A DNA stretch of 64,000 bases. Origin: Octopus sinensis (taxonomy: Eukaryota). Position numbers and translations under genes: made by a program. Within the stretch, counting starts at the first letter, position 1; each line of letters opens with the position of its first letter. The DNA lies in contig NC_043004.1 of the NCBI RefSeq assembly GCF_006345805.1, positions 57,598,001-57,662,000 of the forward strand. The letters are read 5' to 3'. This document shows positions 1 through 13,904 of this stretch, one piece after another. The notes beneath the pieces were generated by a model. It was not told where the DNA came from. It did not search any database and worked only from the letters and a program-made list of their open reading frames with translations.

Positions 1-1185
1 ATTAATTAAAGATAACACACGGTTGTTAGGTCTGTATTATCATCGCCGATTCCATGGTGTCATTGGCTCTGAGGTTCACTCGCGGTCAAACAGAAAGATG
101 ACGCCGCTATTTCTGGACACTGCAATGTTGTTTATTTAGCAACATCAGTTCGCTGTAGTGTCGCGGGCTAGTGGAGGACAGACACAATGCGGGGGACAGC
201 ATTTCGTGGGAATAACCTGATTTGGTGGTTCTGGATTAAAATTTGGTGATTCATGGTTGGACTGTCAGCATGGATGGGATTGTAGTCAATATGTTGGGAG
301 GGAATAAGTGCCATGCTATTGAGTATGGATCAGCCGAACCTAAGGTAGTATGTTTGGATTGTCCGCTGATAGTTGTTTGAAGTTCATTAAGAGGGCATAC
401 CTTAGTAGCAAAAATAAGTTCATTCTTCCTCTTGATTATACTGCGGGTTGATACAGTATGTGTGATCTCTCTTTGAGGTAGAATTGGGAATTGCGAACTC
501 CAAGAAAATACGGAAAGTCTTACTAATAATATTCCAGTAATTGGCGAAGTCTGTCTGGTTGTTGCAGTGTCTCGAGTTAAAACCGGACAGAGGCGATGGC
601 GTTTTACCAAATCCTACACTTGAAAGCGTGCATATGCTATGTATACCTTCTCTTGGATTCACTGACTTAATGCCTGTGTAGTATTCGTGATGTCATCGGA
701 TATTGTAAGGGTTTAACTATACACCACAGCCTTTGAGAAGCAGGGTTCTCACAATCGGCAGTCAGTAGGATTTCAGCAGTTGCAGAATTGGGTGTGTATC
801 GGAAGCTGTGTAGATGCGTGTATGCGTGCATTGTAGCGTGTGAAGTGATTTCGTTTAAGAATGAGTAACTGATCATGACGTTGTAGTGGATGAAAATGTC
901 ATAATATTTAGAGTTTCTTGGGTGTTGTTCCTTAACTAGCATCAAGAAGCTCCTAACTATGTTGCTTGAAACTTCTAGGTTAAATAGACATTGAAGCGCA
1001 TTACCTTCGTCCTTCTGGCTGAATTCCGATTCGGGACCGAGAGTGGGATGTCCTCTATATACACACTAACTTTTCAAAGGCGCTTCATTATAATGGGAAG
1101 CGGTCCTGTTGAATATCTCTATATCTACCGATAACTTAATGAGTCTTCTACTCATGCCTGTAGCCTCTCACTGATCTCTCTCTCC

Positions 1186-1246
<61 letters not shown>

Positions 1247-2337
1247 CACACATATACATATACACACATACATACATACATATAGTGTATATATATATAT
1301 CCATTCATATACATATATATATACATACGTGCATACATACACACGCACAATATACATGTATGTATGCGCATATATATATATTATATATATATATATATAA
1401 TATATATATATATATTACATTTCTTTCATACATTATCACTCGTTAACTATCTATGATTAAAAATCCTCCAAAACCTATATTCGACACTCGGCAGCAAATT
1501 GATATGTATTGTACATACTTGTTTTCACTAACGCTATAATACGCCTATGAATTACCGAACAGATATATGCAAGATTCCAGCCTTCCAATTATTGTCTCTG
1601 GGTATAACCAGATAACCAGGATGTAACAACAGGGAGAGAAAGCTGCACCGGAAATGTACTGGTATGCTTTTTCTTTTGTGTAAATTGTAGAGCACTTCCC
1701 TAAACACGATGTCACAACAAAACTTAAATGGGTTTAAAACAATATCCCTCGATACATACACATATAAGCACAACCAGAGATCTATAATGGTAAACTACAA
1801 ATGTGATCTATTTCCTTCATCAAGTATCTTGTCCCTGTATCATCAATTCTGTTTATACCATTATATTGTATTACACACACATACTCTGTGCGCGCACACA
1901 AGCTCATACAAGCATTACATCCTGTACACGGATGCAGAATTAAAATATAAAAACAACGTAACAGTCATTATCTTACATACATTACAGCAAAGTTATTAAA
2001 TTCTTCAGAGTTTCTACAGAATATTATAAATATTGCCTCATCAAGGAAAGAATGGCTTATTTCAGCAGATATTAGATACGATCAATACACCGTTTAACCA
2101 GCTTAGGGTAACAGTTACCCTTCATACTTCACTTATTTCTTTTTTATGCCTGCTGGATATGTTATTAGAGAAGCTAACACGAATCTAAATATTAATGTTT
2201 GATCAGCAAAGATGATCAGTTCAACTATTCAGCGTGTTTGTTGTTAATGCACGAATATTCTTCGAGCGATGTGTCTATTTACACTCTAGTTTGTACAATA
2301 TGGCTCCTAAATTCTCTCACTGTCTCTCTGTCTCTGG

Positions 2338-2369
<32 letters not shown>

Positions 2370-2588
2370 ACCTATCACTCTATCTCCCTTTGAAATACAC
2401 GTAACCCACAAGTACATATGAACATACATATATAAGCATATGCATGGAAATGTGTATGCATGAATGTATGTATGTATGTATGTATGTATGTATGTATGTA
2501 TGCATGTATGTGTGTATGCATGTATCTATGAAACACAAGCACTCTCTCTCTCTCTCTGCCTATTTCTCCCACTCTCTCTCTCCATATA

Positions 2589-2644
<56 letters not shown>

Positions 2645-3238
2645 GTAGGCGGTCCTTTCTGTATGTTATATCATATAATTTGTTTGCGAGCATGTGTAAG
2701 ATCCTCAGAAGTTGTACATTAAGAAATCATTGTATCTTTTGGTTTATTGAACAACATAAAGCGCACAGTTGGGACATATATGAGGAAATAGTTCAATTAA
2801 GATTTTTGTTATATAGCTAACCCAGTCTATTTCTTATTATTTCCTTCAAGAAATTACTTTGCAAGTAAATGTAAGTCAAAACAACACCAACAATCGTTTA
2901 ATTTTGTCGGTCTCTGGGACGACACCTAGAATTTCCAAAGAAAATTCAATACGCAATGCTATAAGACAAAGCAAGGCATGCCGAATGAATATGGTGATGT
3001 GTTCCTATATATTTATCGAAAGACAGCGTAATATATTCTATTGGCAACGATAATGATCGCTGTAGTTATTGACACAACTTATGAAAATATAAATGCATAC
3101 TTGTTATCTCCCTCAAAAATAAACTACACAGTTATACAGACGTAAAGAACAAAATAACGGACTCAGTCGTCAAGGAGGTACTCGTGACCTATTATATACG
3201 TGTGTGTGTGCGTTTGTATATGCACTTATATATATATA

Positions 3239-3302
<64 letters not shown>

Positions 3303-3443
3303 ATATATACATATATATATACATATATACACATATATACATTCATATATATATATATACATATGTATATAGTACTTAAGTTGAAGCACTAAGTGTCAGT
3401 CCGGTATTATCCCCACTATTCGAAGTGAATAAAATCGAAGTAG

Positions 3444-3724
3444 GCAACAGGATATTAAGTAGTGATGCAGTACGACCGTTTCAAGTGACTCCGTGAACAG
3501 TGCAATCATTGCATCAATTTAAATGCAGTGCCATCCTCAGCTGTACAAATAAATAAATAAATAAATAAATAGAATTTTAATGTTTCCGAGTGGTTAAAAT
3601 TCAATTTATTTATTTGTGCAACTGATGATGGCACTGCATTTAAATTAATGTAATGATTCCATTGATGAATTAAATGGGGCCGCTTGAAACGGTTGTACTG
3701 CATCACTACTTGATATCATGTTGC
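3444..3724. repeat. Imperfect foldback of about 280 bp
   Basis: AGTAGTGATGCAGTACGACCGTTTCAAG pairs with CTTGAAACGGTTGTACTGCATCACTACT; inner arms AAATGCAGTGCCATC / GATGGCACTGCATTT. Confidence 0.8.
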
Positions 3725-3995
3725 TTATTTTGATATACACACACACACTCACATATATAAGAAACAGGTTAAAATTTTAAAACTGAATAATCAGGTCAAG
3801 CTGTAGTTACATCTAATTTACAACAACTTGCTCTGAACATCATCCCATTTGTAACGACAACTGTAAATCTATGAATGTTCATATACTGATATGAGCTTTC
3901 GTGATGTCTATTATATGAATAAAAGCAGTACCCTTTCACTCTCTAACATTACCCCCCCCCCTTCAGTCAGCGATAGATATCATTTAAAATACACA

Positions 3996-4194
3996 GTATT
4001 CAAATATGAGCAACTACTCATTTCATGCCGTCGAAATACAATAATTCGATGGATTTATATAAACGTGCCTTGTGTCCCAAGCAATCATTCAGGTTGAATA
4101 CATCTTCATTGAATCTGAAGGATTGCTCGGAGATACAAGTTTCGTTACATAAATTTCTACGGAACGAAACTATCTGTTGCTCACATTTAAATAC
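3996..4194. repeat. Old imperfect foldback of about 200 bp
   Basis: GTATTCAAATATGAGCAAC pairs with GTTGCTCACATTTAAATAC; inner CAAGCAATCATTCAG / CTGAAGGATTGCTCG. Confidence 0.6.
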
Positions 4195-4220
4195 CGAATA
4201 TATATATATATATATATATA

Positions 4221-4521
4221 TCACCGTGACCGACCAGGCTATCAGATGTTGCTACACATCACTGGTCACAATGCGCTTCGCATTGTTTTAGCCTTCAAAA
4301 GACGCCACCCCGCTGGCTAAGCGAGCAGGCCAACAGAAGAAAGAGTGAGAGGAAGATGTGGAGAAAGAGTACAGCAGGGATCACCACCATCCCCTACCGG
4401 AGTCACGTGGAGTTTTAGGTGTTTTCGCTCAATAAACACTCACAACGTCTGGTCTGGGAATCGAAACCGCGATCCTACAACCACGAGTCCGCTGCCCTAA
4501 CCACTGGGCCATTGTGCCTCC
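4221..4521 (-). mobile_element. tRNA-derived SINE, family C (head GGAGGCGCAATGGCCCAGTGGTTAGGGC), tail type 1
   Basis: Pol III A box (TGGCCCAGTGG) and B box (GGTTTCGATTCC); near-identical copies at 36278 and 50239. Confidence 0.85.
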
Positions 4522-7500
4522 ACACACACACACACACATACACAAATACATATATATATATATATATACACACATATGTATACACACACACATAAACTTT
4601 CAGATTCAGATTCTTTATGCATTAAGAGCTGGATAGCGATACATGGAAATAGCAGGGAAAATCCCACATACATCAACACATTAATGGTTAGTGATAAATT
4701 GTGAGCGAGGATAATTCGAATAATGTTGGCAACAAAAGTAACTGAACTGATGAAGATAATAATGATGATGTGGAAAGGTAGAAATAGGGAGAGTAGCTGT
4801 AGGAGCAAGAAGTATGCAAAGGGATAAGCATCAGAAGGAGCAGGAGTTTGCTCTTAATAATAGTAATAATGGCATAAATAATAGAGTTTTGCGGGTTACG
4901 TTGTCAGTAGCAACTCTAAAATCTAGCACGTGCATAGAAGATTATACGGGATAATATATTAGTTTATCAATTTCTCTGAAATAATAGCTGAAGATGAGAT
5001 CAACAAAGCTAAATAATTATAACCAGATTAGGATTAATGCAGATTAAAATCTCTCCTATTACATATTGAGAAACATTCAAAGTGACAAATGTAAATACAT
5101 TTATGTTGAAATGAAAAGAGGTGGAAATTTATAGAAAAATCATTTTATGAAGAGAAAAGAAATAGATTGAAGTGAGAGTGTCAAGTGGAAAGAAACAAAG
5201 ATTTCTACAGACAGAATGAGAGACGGAAGAAATGATATGGATGAGGTGGATATAAGAAGATGACTCATAATAGAATAATAGCATGGAGAGAAAGAAAAAA
5301 ATTATAAACCGAACTGAAGACAAATAGATGGAGAAAACGTGGTAGACACGAAGAGATAAAGAATGACTGAAGGACCTAGCTGCAGAGAAAGAAAATGACA
5401 GCTTGTAGAAGAGAAGAAGAGAGAGGGTGAATGAGAAAGGAGAGGAAGAAGGAGAGAGAGTGTGATATAGATAGAGAGAGAGAGAGCGGGATGAGAGGGA
5501 GGGAAGAAATTGAACGTGAGTGAATACGTGTTCAAGTGAGTGAGAAAAAGATTGATCGAAAAAGAAAGCAGAAGAAAAAGGTTTTTCAGAGAGATTGAGA
5601 AGCTTTGTATTTCATTTCACAATGCAACAGATTTCATTTCCTGTTGTTTTATGCAAGAAAGTCCGGAAATACCGTGAAATTTCAATTGACTTTCTATAGT
5701 GCATGAAGATTTCACTATTGTTGGCAACACAGTGAATATAGCAAGTAGAACTCAACTACATGTCGACAGTCTAATCTCCGTTAATCTCCGGTTTTAATAA
5801 CATTTAGCATATACTTTTAGAATTATCAGTAATGACCGTATAGGAAACTTGGTGTCGTGTGTCTTACTTTCTGTCATGTGACTTGGCATTAAAATCAACT
5901 TTGTGCTAAATATTTCAGATAGTCACCCATGGGAAAATATACTTAATATGTAAGCTATGTCTGGTGATATAGGTCCAAGCGCGTATAAAATGAACGCAAA
6001 GAGACTTAATTATCCGGAATTTATGAGAAAGTCTTTCTTGGACTGTCAAGAAATATATACAGAACGGACTTAACGAATTTGGCCAGCTTAGGGTTAGAGA
6101 GGCCCCAGAGTATTGTTTTGCAGAACCAATGCAGCTTAGTGGGGAAGTAAAAATAATGCAAATATAAGAGAATGATGTAAGTTATAATGGCATAAATCTA
6201 TTTCAGGGTTGCTAGGCTACTTTATAACGAGTATCACTCACTATTCTTTTTATTTTTTCAGTATTGATATCTTTCAAATAATAGTCATTGCCACATGTCT
6301 GTATGTGATTATATTCAACATGTATCATATATAACCTTTATATGATTATAATCAGTAAAGCTCTTTTCCAAAGAGAAATGCGTTTAACAAGTGTCTACAT
6401 ATGAACTAAGAATCGTTCTTTTCCTCTAGCAACTCCATGGTCGTGTCATTAAGACGTTGTTTCCTATTGCTGGGTGCCATAATTGATCTGATACCCTTTT
6501 AAACGCTTAATATCTGGCTGTTTGTATGTATTTCAAAGAAGAGACTCTAAGCATTCAGTTATGTCTCCAGTTTGAGAACAAACTTCCTCCTTTCCACGCC
6601 CCAGAGAAAGACGTATTTCAGATTGTCATTGGCGCTGTTCGTCTGTCTAATGTTTAATGGAAAAATACTAAAACACGTAGTAAAAATAAGATGTATATTT
6701 TATGAAGTTAAAGTATCACTTCAAATAAAATTTATTGTAACACCTCTAACAACCGCCAACTAGGCAGTAATGTTTCTCTGAGTAGCTCCCTAACTTTTTT
6801 TTCTGCTATAAACTTTTGAAAGATATTTCCTCTGGATGCAATGTAATTCAAGGGAAGGTTTCTAAAATGTTTATTCCTTCACGTAATGCTTAGGTTAATT
6901 AAATTGTATCATAATTTGAACTTGCATAATTATGCATTCATTAGCAAGATCAACGTTTCTGAGATATTTATAACTATGATAAGAAAGCCATGTTAGTATT
7001 TTCACCGGTATTCTATATAACCGATTTACAGTAAGCTTGACTGCAACACTGCGACTTGAGGCTGTCACAAAGTGACTTGAATGTTTTTTCAGAGGTTCCT
7101 TCTGCTAGGATTTTCGTAAACAGACTTCAAACGTTGCGAGATACGTGACAATAATCAAACTCCGCATATTCTACACGATGAGAAAGGATGATAAACCGTT
7201 TAACCACGTTGAAATCTAGAGATATGGCAGAGATTTAACGTAGGTAGAATAATGATGTTAAAGTTACGAGTTAATTTTCAAATAAACGGACTACAAAAGA
7301 CACGCATTCAACTAATTAATTCATGCTTTTCGGCTTTTGATACATACTCATTTCATAGAATAAAAATTTAGACAATAATATGTAGAATACTAAATACTCC
7401 GTTTTATTATAATAAATTCCTGTTTTAACTAATGTACACTTCATGAGTTATACAGAATCGTTGTCAATTAACTGTTGGCCTCACGAAAAAATTACGCGTT

Positions 7501-8344
7501 TCATTATTGATAAAATCTTGGAAAAAGTGTCCTTTACTGTGCTGGTTCTTCTGCAAATAAGAGCTCAAATCGCTAATAGATGAAAATTGTTTTAGTAATT
7601 GTGGTTTTTAAATTTGATAAAAATACTAGAAAGACAGAAAATGTCTTCAAAAGATGTCCACAAACAAATAAATATCATATATAGAACATCCCTATCGCTG
7701 TTTATCGTTATTTGTTAGCAAAATGCTCGTAAACACTTGTCTATGACATTTCGGTCTGAATATAATTTAATCGAAATGTAAACAATGAGAGCTAAAACAA
7801 ATTTATTCTTATTTGTTTGTCATTCTCTTCTTCACAACATAGTTTGCACAACACAATTTTCGGCACGAATGCAGTCACAGTTCATTGCAATTTAGTAATT
7901 ACACATCGTTTTCTCCTGGAATTATATTACGAATCATACAAACACCTATACCAGAGAACAAGCACCAGTCTTTCTTAAAATAGAAACGTTTTACTGATGT
8001 ACCTCAATTTATCAATTTTTCAAAATCTTAGTTCAAACATCTTCCTTCATATATCAATTTTCGGCATTTTTCTCTTCATTCTACATCTCTTTATTTTATT
8101 ATATATGTATGTGTCTATTTATATATATTTATTTTAACTTATTTACCCATTAAGTTATTAACTTATTCATTTGTTTATATATATATATATATGAATAAAA
8201 AATGGAGTTAACGCAGGTTTAAACAAGTATTTTTACTTTCTACATATGTTTCGAAAATTTCACTGATACTTGTGAGATTTTTGCTGCCCTGGTAACTATT
8301 TATTTATTTATCCGTGTTAATTGTTAACAAGGTAAAATACACTC

Positions 8345-8392
<48 letters not shown>

Positions 8393-9643
8393 TTACACAA
8401 ATTGTGCGATACTCATTTATATCCCACACCATAATTCCATCAACATCATCATCATTAATACCTTTATGAACGTGTACGTGTATGTATAAGTACATGTTAC
8501 GTGCATATACATGCTAACAGGTATTTAAAACGTATGCATTATTTTTATTTATTTATGCGCATCTGGGAATATAAATGAGTTCATATTAATATCGTATAGG
8601 TGTAACATGTAAGCATCATTACAGGTATTATGTATCAATGTTTGCATATATATACATATGTATGCATATATATGTGTTAGTGTGTGTGAGTATGTGTGTG
8701 AGTGAGTATTCACGTGCATATACATATATTTATATGTCTGTGTATACTTATATGTGAATGTGTTCATGTACATGTACGTACAAATGTTTCATTTTTGTTT
8801 TACCTTCTCACTTCCACAGCAATAAATATACATTTATCAATTTCATGTGACGGTGTAGTATGTGCGTATGATTGCATGTATATATGTTCCAAATGCACGC
8901 ATGTACACACATACACGTACGCAAGGAGACACACTCAGAGGCACGCACGCATACACACGCACGCACGCGCACACACACACACACACACACATGCCTATGT
9001 GTGTATATATGTATTTATGTATTTGCCCACGGATCGCAAGCACACTCTCACACACGTGTGTGTTTGTGCGTTTGAGTGAGTGTGTAAAGGAAGCTCCCGT
9101 CGAAGGCGACGTATAAGCGTTCAGCTTCTGCCGATCGACCTCCATAAATGATTTGCTTATAGTGATCAAATGTTTGACCCGCACATTACTTCACTCTCTC
9201 CACTAAAATCACGCGTCAGGTGTCGAGGCAATCGTAGAGCAACTTGAGATAAAGTGTTTTGTTCAAGATCATAACGACCCTTCCGGCCTAAGATTTGAAA
9301 TCACGATCGCTAATGCAACACCCTAACCACTAAATCATGCGCCTCACAGTGAGAGAAAGAGAGAGAGGGGAGAAGCAAGAAAGAGGGATATAGTAGAAAG
9401 AGAGAAGGACGAAGAGAACGATAGAGAGATCGATACATAGATGTTTATAATACATTAAAGTCATTTCATTATATTTAAAATTTTTTCTATCCTTTAGTTG
9501 TGGTCCATGTGCTGACGCTTGTATAACTATGAGTATCTATATTTAAGGTTGTAATAGTGTCAATATACGGGCAGAGCTATTTGGGTATATTTCCATATGT
9601 GTGTCATTATGCATCTATGAAGGCGTGTTTATATATATATATA

Positions 9644-10024
9644 ATGGCAGTATCGCCCGGCGTTGCTCGGGTTTGTAACGGAAATAACTATATAAGCATT
9701 TTTAGAGATGTAAAGTATAATAGCCATCTCAATATGGCTAACCACATGGGGGGTGTTACTGTAGCATTTTACGTTCTGAGATTTAATAATACATTTTTAG
9801 AGAGTTACTTCCTTTATATATGCCAAAAATGCATTAAAATGAGAAAAATTGATGGTAATTTTCTTTTTTAATCGTAGACTAATCGTAGACGCGCGCTAAT
9901 ACCCAGAAGGGCTCGATATGAAACACGACTATAAGATACCCGGTTTTGGTTAAACTGCACCGCAAAATGTGGGAGTAGTTAGGAATCTAAATTGTAGGAG
10001 ACAGACAGCACACAACCTCACTTT

Positions 10025-10040
<16 letters not shown>
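9644..10040 (-). mobile_element. Non-autonomous Helitron (Lep1-like architecture)
   Basis: Minus strand starts (TA)nAAAAGTGAGGTTGTGTGCTGTCTGTC and ends with a GC hairpin CCCGAGCAACGCCGGG a few nt before a degenerate CTAG terminus. Confidence 0.55.
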
Positions 10041-10058
<18 letters not shown>

Positions 10059-10156
10059 ATATATATATAATAATAATAAATATTAGGGAATAAATCCAAA
10101 TTTACAGGGAAAAAAAAATCAGATTTAGGATTAAATCCAATTTTATAGTAAAATAT

Positions 10157-10439
10157 TATAAAATATTATTAGAGACAAAACCACTATTTTGCAAAACAAA
10201 CAAGGAAAGACTTAATCAATACATAAAATTTTAATAAATAGTCAAAAAAACCGCCACTACAATCGTTTCTTGTCTTGATCGACAATCTTCAGGTGGACTT
10301 CCAATAAGTCAGTTTCAAATTATGAAGACAAGACAAGAAACGATTGTAGTGGCGGTTTTTTTGACTATTTATTAAAATTTTATGTATTGATTAAGTCTTT
10401 CCTTGTTTGTTTTGCAAAATAGTGGTTTTGTCTCTAATA

Positions 10440-10449
<10 letters not shown>
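10157..10449. repeat. Perfect 121-bp inverted repeat with 51-bp spacer (probable inverted PLE pseudo-LTR)
   Basis: 10157-10277 is the exact reverse complement of 10329-10449 by eye. The hammerhead overlaps the left arm and spacer. Confidence 0.9.
10254..10296 (-). ncRNA. Minimal type I hammerhead ribozyme, canonical core
   Basis: Minus strand: CCAC CUGAAGA UUGUC-GAUCAA-GACAA GAAAC GAUU GUA GUGG. Stem I CCAC/GUGG, stem II 5 bp, stem III AC/GU, cleavage triplet GUA. Confidence 0.8.
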
Positions 10450-10470
<21 letters not shown>

Positions 10471-12192
10471 CTGTATGCGTGTCTCCAAGAAATACCGGAT
10501 AAACCACCTACACCTGTATACGTCTCAACCAGCAACAACTCACTGCTTGAGTGGTCCATGGTGTCCCGAAATAACTAACCGAAAGACTTTTCCAAGTGGT
10601 TCTATTGAGTTAGTCATGGCCTGGGTCAATAATAGCCAAAACAAATCTAGGTTATCTAAGTTATCTATCTATCTATACACACATACACACACACACACAC
10701 ACAAATATAAGTTTGTATATACATATGTATATATATACAGATATTTTGCAAGTATACTTACTACACAAACACACATGTATGTATGTGTGTGTATATATAC
10801 ATATATGTATATATATATATATATATACTTTGTATAATTAATGTTGTTTGGGTCTTACAATTCCCAATTTAATGAAATCGTTTATGTGTGATCGCAACGT
10901 AACTGTCTTTACATAAGAAAAAAATATTACAATTACGTTTACGAAAGGGAATGATGTGCATTATTACCGCAGTCAAAACCGAGCGTAAACCTGGCGATAT
11001 AATGAAACTTATTATGCCACGCATCTCACGCATGAATCATAACTTTCAAATTAATATAAACTATGTAAGCATTTTAAAGGTTAACAATTACCACACATCT
11101 CATAAAAGACATTGTATTATTGAACAGATCAATTTTCCTTCACAGAAACGAGAAAGCTGGTTCACAGGATGAAGACTCCATAGCGTGCAATTTTATTCCA
11201 TTAAAATATTTCCTTTTCAAATCAGATTCTGGAGACAAGCTCTGTTTATTATGCCGTCGTTGTATCAAATCGTGATATTTGTTGAAAAGGATAAAGTAAA
11301 AAATCTATCTGCGAATACAACCATTGATGATATTGTGCTATTGTTAGAAATGTGCTCTAAAGTGGCTATGCATCTGTATAAAGTAGGTTAAAATAGAGAA
11401 TTTACGATAAAATGTGGATTTTAAATATCAGGGTTATTAATTGCCCTCATGGGGTTTTAGAAGCATTATATTCATGTATGGGGTTTTAGAAGTATGTATT
11501 CATGTATAGACGCCTACATATATGTATGTGCTTGTGCATGTGTACGAGCCTGTGTGAGCATGCGTCTGTCCTGTTTCGATTATGTTGCGTGTGACTTGAA
11601 GCAGCTTTTGTAGCTCCTTGATGTAGTTACTACTGTTATGTAGACATTATAGGCTTTGCGTCAACATACATATGTATATACACATAAATACGTATACACG
11701 CGCAAACCATACATACACACAAGGCTGAGCAGGACTAAATGTGAAGCACTATAACAATTTGAGGGGTGAGCCATTACTTTTAAATTAATTCTAATTTAAA
11801 TCTGTAATTTTGTAAAAGTCATGCGAGGGAGACAAATAAATAGAGAGTAAAGTGGTAATAAATTTGATCTTTGGCCGAGATGTAAAGTCTCTGGTCATAT
11901 GCCCACTTCTGGACCATTATTATCTAAGCATTTTATAGATGGATGCTTTTGTGTATATAATTTCCGTATGCATATGATGATAGAATAATATGTTATTTTG
12001 CGACATCACTGGACACGTAAGCAAACCAATATCCGCTGTCAAGCTTTGGTACGGGATAAATACACAAAGACTCCCACAAACATAAATACGTTTACGTACA
12101 TATAATATATGCGTACACGCACACATACATACATACATACATACATACATGCATGCATGCATACATACATACATAATTATATATATATATAT

Positions 12193-12400
12193 AGTTAATC
12201 CAAACATGAAAACACAAAAAAACACAACGCGAGGACGTGGAACAAATATAGTATTATTGGACGCCCAGGAAAGAAAGAAAGAAGGAGGGTCTAATGTTTC
12301 GAGCGGAGCTCTTCGTCGGAAACATAGGAGAAGGAAAGATCCAGAGAAGGGAAAACAGAGGAAAAAAATCGTCAACGGTACACACGAGGTCACATTTTGA
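12193..12400 (-). repeat. Interspersed repeat of about 208 bp carrying a hammerhead-like CCGACGA motif (copy 1; motif 12289-12323)
   Basis: Near-identical to 49293-49500; both abut (TA)n. Confidence 0.75.
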
Positions 12401-12650
12401 AATCATACATATATATAATCGATGGATTTCTTTCAGCTTTTCTCTACCATTTCCACTCACGAAGCATGCACTCAACACCAGATAGTTGGGAAGCAAGCTT
12501 CTAATGTATACACCCGCATTCGTGTCTATATTAAGATCATACAGTTTAAATATAAAAAAAATATATACAATACAATATTGAAAATAAACGAAAAATGTCA
12601 AAGAAATGAGACTAATATGAAAACAGATCCTACAAGGGTTTCTAACTTAC

Positions 12651-12739
12651 TTTTTAGCGTATAACTGAAGTAAAAGGCTTTGTTCGTCATCTTCTTCATT
12701 TCCTCCACCATCACCAGCGGTTCTGGTTCCAGCATACAT
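12651..12739 (-). CDS. Possible isolated coding exon (MYAGTRTAGDGGGNEEDDEQSLLLQLYAK) ending at a consensus donor
   Basis: Non-repetitive and GC-richer; ends AAAAA|GTAAGT. No partner exon found. Confidence 0.2.
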
Positions 12740-13236
12740 ATTTTTAAAGAACTTTTACACCGCAAGAAAGGCCAATGTTAAATCGTTTAATAAATCACAA
12801 GCTTCAGTTACTTCAAGACGATTCCATGGCGAATAATTAACATTGAAATGGTTTATACGGTTTTTATCGTCTTGTATAAATTTATACAAATATATTTATA
12901 TAAATTTTCATGTGAACATGAGCGTACGTATTTTTCCAGGTTCAGGGTATGTTAAAAGTATTTATCCTTTCTGGTTTATATCCTTCTTACTCCAAGTAAT
13001 TCAGACGTGTACGTGTGAAGATGTTTAAAAACTTAATTTTCAGCATGCACTACATCCATTAGAACAATAATTAAATTGATATTGTATTTTTCTATAATAC
13101 TAATTGCATTATATGGTTACATTAATATGATAATTCGTGTATAAATGTTGTATGTACTTTTATATCTATTTGAACGGAGAGAGTGTGTGACAGATCTATT
13201 GAAAGGTTGATAGATATACATAAACCGATAGATACG

Positions 13237-13357
13237 TAAATAGATAAATAGATCGATAGATAAATAGATAGATAGACAAATAGATAGATAGACAGATAGA
13301 TAGACAAATAGATAGATATACTGATAGATAAATAGATAAATAGATAGATAGACAGAC

Positions 13358-13448
<91 letters not shown>
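13237..13448. repeat. (TAGA)n microsatellite
   Basis: Direct reading. Confidence 0.95.
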
Positions 13449-13838
13449 CAGGTGAATATATAGAAAGATATGATATGTTTACAGTGAAGAAGATGCAAAT
13501 ATATATCTGGTAGGAAAATACACGGAATGAAGTACAACCTCAACTCTCTTATGCAGAAATAAATAAAATAGCAAACACACACTACCAGCTTTAAATCAGG
13601 TGAAAATATACGTTAATTGCAGTATTATTTTATGCATATTATGCGCGAGTTAATCTTACAGATTTTCTGGTAGGTACGCATACGAACAGGGTAAAGCAAC
13701 AACAACAAGAAGAACAAGAACAACAACAGATATTTATAAAATTTACTATGACCGTGATGTCAGCATAAGTAGTGCAACACCTTCAAGTGCATAAATACTA
13801 ATGAACAGCAAGTTAATACTAATGAAACACTACTTCTC

Positions 13839-13902
<64 letters not shown>

Positions 13903-13904
13903 AA

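Noticed and set aside
251-945. Possible decayed Ty3/Gypsy integrase C-terminus (HSFRYTPNSATAEILL) on the minus strand
   Set aside because: Only one short motif-like match; no catalytic DDE context, LTR or PPT could be identified by eye. tBLASTn would be needed.
4450-4521. tRNA-like sequences (also 36278, 50455, 55475)
   Set aside because: They continue into shared SINE bodies and lack a proper acceptor stem; SINE heads, not tRNA genes.
8235-8295. Hammerhead-like GAAAC-AUAU-GUA on the minus strand (similar partial motifs at about 43715-43750 and 63767-63795)
   Set aside because: The CUGANGA half or the stems are missing; too degenerate to call.
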